Shown here: in pieces, positions 59,401 to 64,000 of the stretch
Layout of the letters: the number at the start of each line of letters is the position of its first letter
Position numbering within the stretch: position 1 is the stretch's first letter
Origin: Vicugna vicugna
Lineage: Eukaryota
DNA length: 64,000 nucleotides
Reading direction: 5' to 3'
NCBI GenBank assembly: GCA_013265495.1
Contig: MU058636.1
Span: 2,046,001-2,110,000 of the forward strand
Notes under the pieces: model-generated
Databases searched by the model: none
Seen by the model: the letters and a program-made list of their open reading frames with translations, nothing else
What the model was told of the DNA's origin: nothing
Position numbers and translations under genes: made by a program

Positions 59401-62400
59401 CCCCCCGTGAGCCACTCAAGTAGTGCTGCCTCCTTTTATCTCGAATCCAGTAACCAGTGATCCAGTTAACCTGATTATGCAATTTCTCTACGGCTTATTG
59501 GATATTAAAATTGGCCTTCATCCTGTTTATGAAGCTTTTTAGGACTCTACCTAGATTAGTGTACACATACCAGTTTGGAACCCCTCTTAAGGACAGTGAG
59601 GTGTGGACATACTATAATCGGATTAAATTTGAAATGCATTTCAAGAGTAATTTTAGGTAAAGATACTAAAATTCTGTCTTGTCAGTTTCATAACATTTTT
59701 ATCACAGCAAGTTAAACCCTTAGGTCCAATAGGAATTTTGTGGTTTGGAACACCATTTGTGTGACTTACTGGCTCAGTGTAAGAAAACTACAACATGGAG
59801 AATTTTGTTGTAATGGAATTTGGTTTATCATATTAACAAACAGTAATGCTAGCTACTATTTGCAGGATTCTTTTTAGTCACATGTCAGATACTGTTTTAA
59901 ATGTGTTCATCCTTGCCACATCCCTGTAAGGTTGGGAGGCTGTTATTCACACCCATTTTACAAATGAGCAAACTCAAGCACCAGGATGTAAGTCATTTGC
60001 CTGAGGTGACAAAGCAGGGATGCACCTAGCTTCGGATCGGGGCCTCTGCCCCACGCAGTCCTGCTGCCTTAGAGCTGAGGGTCAGGAGAGCCTCAGTTCT
60101 CAGCGCTGCCACCTCCTTGCTTTGTAACCCTGGACAAAGTCCTAACCCTCTCAGTGCTTCAGATACTCGCTTGTAAGTAGGAAAAAAAATCCTCACTGGA
60201 TTGTTGCAAAAGTTAAGGAGGCTCATGCATGTTATGTGCTTAACACAGTGCATGGCATGCTCCACAAGCACAAGATGTTATAGCCGAATTCCATCACCAG
60301 TTTTTGAATTCTTGATCAAGGCCAGCCGCGTGTCACTGTGTAGGCTTAAGTGCAAAGGCACACACGGCCCACCCCCAGCCCTCCCATGTGGAACAGTGAA
60401 CTCTCTGTCTCCAGACGGTCTTCTCCTTGGGAAACCCTTCGGAATTGCCGACACCCATGAGAGGGGTGACATCAGTCACCAGCATCTTCATGTGAATTAG
60501 TTTATCACATCCTTCCTGGTGTCCGGATAGCCCTGGGAGAGCACTAGGGGCCGGCTTCAGGAAGAGAGGCGCTAACCTGGTGGAGAGTCAGGGACCACGG
60601 GAGGCTCAGAAAAGAGAGGTGGAGACTGAACGCTGGTGGAGGGCGGTGAACAGGAGAGGCTGGATGCCTAAGATGAGTCTGTTTTGAGCTCTTCCTCTTC
60701 TTACTCTTGGGACTTTATTAAAGAACATAGTGTATCCTTCCTGCTGTGAGTCCTTTCCTGACATGTGTTAACGTGCAATTTTTGTGGCACAGAATTTACA
60801 GATTCCCACCCATAATGCCATTTCAAGTATGCAGGACCCTTGAGGCAGTCTTTCTGTGCTTCCCGTGATTTTTGCATCCATCAGTCATCCTCAAAAAATG
60901 TTAAAAATGGTAGCTATTCTTCAAGTTGTTTTCTCCTGTGTAATTAGAAATGCTGTTGAAATAGCATTTCAAGAGCAAGGCCTAAATCTGTTATACGAAT
61001 GTATTTATATATGTATGGTGGTTATTCCTTGCAGTAATAATGATAAAGTCTAGTTTATTTTAAGTCCCTGGATGAAAAAGTGCCACACTTCCATTATAAC
61101 AGTCCCATTGAGTTCCCTGGGCTGTGGAGTGCTGTGTTAATTTCAGAAGTTATTTTGGTTAGTAACAGATTTGTTGCTGTTGTTTTTAATATTAGAACTT
61201 CCCCTTTGAGCACTCGGCATGTGCTCCTGCGCGGTCCAAACCAAACACGACCTGTGATTATTTAAAGAAATGACTTTGACTCCCCAGTCCGCTCATCCTT
61301 TTCAGATACAAAAATAACACATTGTTTTATCTCTGAGTATAAGAATCCTTTTTCAAGGGAAATAAAAAGAGCAGACAGTTTCCTTCCTGGCTAATTCACG
61401 AACCTCTTTAAATCTGTTAAACATAGCCACAGACACAACTTACTTGCCTGGTTTCATTTCCTAAACTCCACCTGACAAGATAGGTCAGTGTGAAGGGTCT
61501 GTATTGCCTATATTAGAAAATTAGGGAACGTTTCGCAGCCACCAGAGTGAGAAGAAGACTGACTTAGACTCTGGAAGCGAGAATTTAATTTCAGCGATGA
61601 AATCACTTAGCAGGTACGGCGTTCAACTGTTCTGAACAGCATCCAAGGATCAAATTTTTATTCAGTGAGCCCAAAGTACTTCTGTTCGAGATACTGCTTT
61701 ATAAGATCTACATAATACCAACTTTCAAAAATTCTTCCTAGGCAAAATTATATCCTTATATGGGCTGAAATCTGCCTCCTTGAAACTTCACCAGCATCTC
61801 CCTTCCTTGGTTCTGGTTATCTTTTCTGGTGTATCACAGAATGAGGTCAGTGCCTCCTGTCTGAAAGCTCCTTAAATATTTGAAGGAAACAATCATGTCA
61901 CCATGAAGTTAATTAACCCCTTTTTAGACTAAACATCCTCATTTCCTTGCACTATTTTACCATTACTCTGTTAGGACATGGCTTCATTTATTTGTGCTTC
62001 TCTTAGAAATGGGTACCAATATTTCAGGTGTGGTTTGATGACGCTGATCAGGTCATCATTTTCTCAGCTAACCACAATTTTTCAGCAGAGAGGCTGGATA
62101 CGGCCATCACTCTGAGAGTAGAAAAAAAATCACAAAGCGCAAAGGAGAAGACAGGAAAACTAGAAAAAGCACAGCTGTTGGGACAATAATGGGTAAAAAG
62201 AAGGAGCCATCTATGTAATGTCTGCAGCTACCTTGCATATTACACCATCTCTTTAAGTGATGTTGAAGGTTAATGCCACATGAGGAGAAAGAGGTCATGA
62301 ATCAAAAGTACCAATTCCTCAGAAAATTCAATGGACTAGCCAATAAGAAATGTTTAGAATTACTTAGACTGTATCATTGCCAAGGGAGATATCCATGTAG

Positions 62401-62810
62401 GAAGCCCCAGACTGCCTCATAACTTGCTGTCTTCTTTCCTGGCTCATTCACTTTCCTAATCTGACATCTTGCGATGCCTCCTTCAGAGGTCGGGTCACTC
62501 TCTATATCATTTATTGTGTTTATGAAGTCCTTTAGCCCTTATTAGCAGCATTGTGTAGTATGTTTTATACAAGCTAGTGTTCCTCTTTTACCTCTAGGAC
62601 AAGCTCAAGATGTTTCTTGGTTTGGTTCTAGTTGTTTCATGTTCCCCTTAATCTCCTTCCAACTAGGTTTTCAAAATCCACGGAGGTTAGGGATCATGAC
62701 TTATACATTCATATCCTGCATAGTCTTGGGCAAATAAATAAGTTTGGAGCTAACGACTAATTTAATTTGCCTTCTCTCTATTGCCCTAAACAATATATTG
62801 ATGTATTTTT

Positions 62811-62945
62811 TTCTTATGTGTGTTGGGGGTGGGGTGGGGAGGAGGTAATTAAGTCTGTTTCTTTATTTAAATGGAGGTACTGGGGATTGAACCCAGGACC
62901 TCGAGCATGCTAAGCACGTAATCTACCAGTGAGCTATACCCTCCC
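62811..62945 (-). mobile_element. Camelid-type tRNA-derived SINE (Vic-1-like) with degenerate TSD
   Basis: atggaggtactggggattgaacccaggacc...gagctataccctccc; flanks ATTGATGTATTTTT (62797) and ATTGATACATTTCT (62946). Confidence 0.85.
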
Positions 62946-62989
62946 ATTGATACATTTCTTTTTGTCAGACATTCAGTGGTGGTTTTCTA

Positions 62990-63480
62990 AATAGATTAAT
63001 CCAACAAATATTTCTTGAGTGCACTGGAAGAGAAAAGGGATAAGCATTGCATTAAAGGGCCACGTCAATCGCTGTGGGAGCACGGAGGGAAAATGACGGT
63101 AAAACAGGAGGTTGGGTGTAGAGAAAGACATGGGAGTAAAAGTGAGTTTTAAAAGATGAGCTGGATTGTCTGGGGAAGAACCATTTGGGAAGGAAGGCTG
63201 TTCAGACAGAAGGAAAGTGCTGTGTAAGAGCAGAAGAGTCAGGGGTTGCGGTGTGTTCAGGGACTCAGGAGTGGTTTAGTGCAGTTGGGGGCTGGGGCGT
63301 GTGGGCAGGGGGAAGAGACGAGGCTGGAGAAGGAGCACGTGGAGGACCCTGTGTGCCTGGATGAGGATCGTGGGTAGTCAGGAGCCACGGCGAGATCTGA
63401 AGCGGGGGGACAACTGATTTGTCATTTAAAAAGCTCCCTCTGGAGATCTGTGAGCGGGCTGGAGCAGGGTGACAGCACAA
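62990..63480 (-). mobile_element. L2 fragment
   Basis: ccaacaaatatttcttgagtgc...gagttttaaaagatgag...ttcagacagaagga...ggagccacgg...tttaaaaagctccctctgg. Confidence 0.6.
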
Positions 63481-64000
63481 GCGGGCAGGCTGTTGGGGCG
63501 GCTCAGCGATGGTGCCCAGGGATGATGGGCGTCAGAACATCTGCAGTGGCAGCTGATAGGGGGCAATTCAAGTGAAAATGGTCTCCCCTTTCCTCAAGTG
63601 CAAATGATACAGGCTGATAGAAACTTGTAGAAATGATCAGTGACAGTGTACTCTTAATGTCGTCTGACTTTTCTGAAAAGCATAAGATTAGCGGGAAAAG
63701 GAATCGTTGGAGGCAATCTAGAAGCAGGCAGAGGGAAAACCACATCACAGGTGACTGGAAGAGTCTGCAGGCTCGGTTTTACACCAAGGCCTTGCAGACA
63801 AGTTCTGAGGTGCCTCAGGAGGAAGGAATGAAGCTTTTCCAGTTTACAGCTATGGACTCAAGTCTCAGCCTCACCGCATGTGCGTTGTGTGACTTTGGGC
63901 AAGTAATTTAACCTCTTTGAGCCTCCATCTTCTCATCTGTAGACTGAAGACAGTCGACTTATTCTGGATTCTCACGAAGTCAGTGGGATTAAGTACTACA

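Noticed and set aside
54547..64000. Search for FLT1 exon 15 or sFLT1 alternative terminal exons
   Set aside because: No Ig-domain-7 coding sequence was found. The region is intron 15 with L1/L2/MIR/SINE relics, and the sFLT1-generating introns lie outside the window.

Overview
Mammalian genomic DNA. Five copies of a tRNA-derived Vic-1-like SINE point to a camelid (alpaca/camel lineage; inference). The window covers the convergent 3' ends of two known genes. PAN3 (+ strand) contributes its last five coding exons (51-11815) and a ~2.8-kb 3'UTR ending near the AATAAA at 14599. FLT1/VEGFR1 (- strand) contributes exons 16-30 (transmembrane exon, split kinase domain, C-tail; 54546-21074) and a ~2.6-kb 3'UTR ending near the AATAAA at 18446-18451. 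All 20 exons have GT-AG boundaries and join in frame. The rest is intronic or intergenic sequence with L1, L2, MIR, MLT1, MER3/5/58 and ERV-LTR relics. I see no new gene system. The most notable observations are: (1) the FLT1 Y1333-equivalent docking tyrosine reads as Cys; (2) an ancient MLT1 LTR in the last FLT1 intron has become a CpG island with a tight TATA/GC-box/ETS/NRF1-like/Z-DNA cluster facing antisense to FLT1; (3) several sharply localised weak-to-strong (AT to GC) substitution patches, one in a young SINE, suggest GC-biased gene conversion; (4) a spliceable intron-21 mini-ORF (MNSDQLV) is in frame with the kinase C-lobe; (5) a sense-oriented solo LTR with a poly(A) signal lies just downstream of exon 20; (6) a cryptic intron could give PAN3 an alternative C-terminus. 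Repeat family names and human residue/exon numbering are from memory and were not checked against a database.
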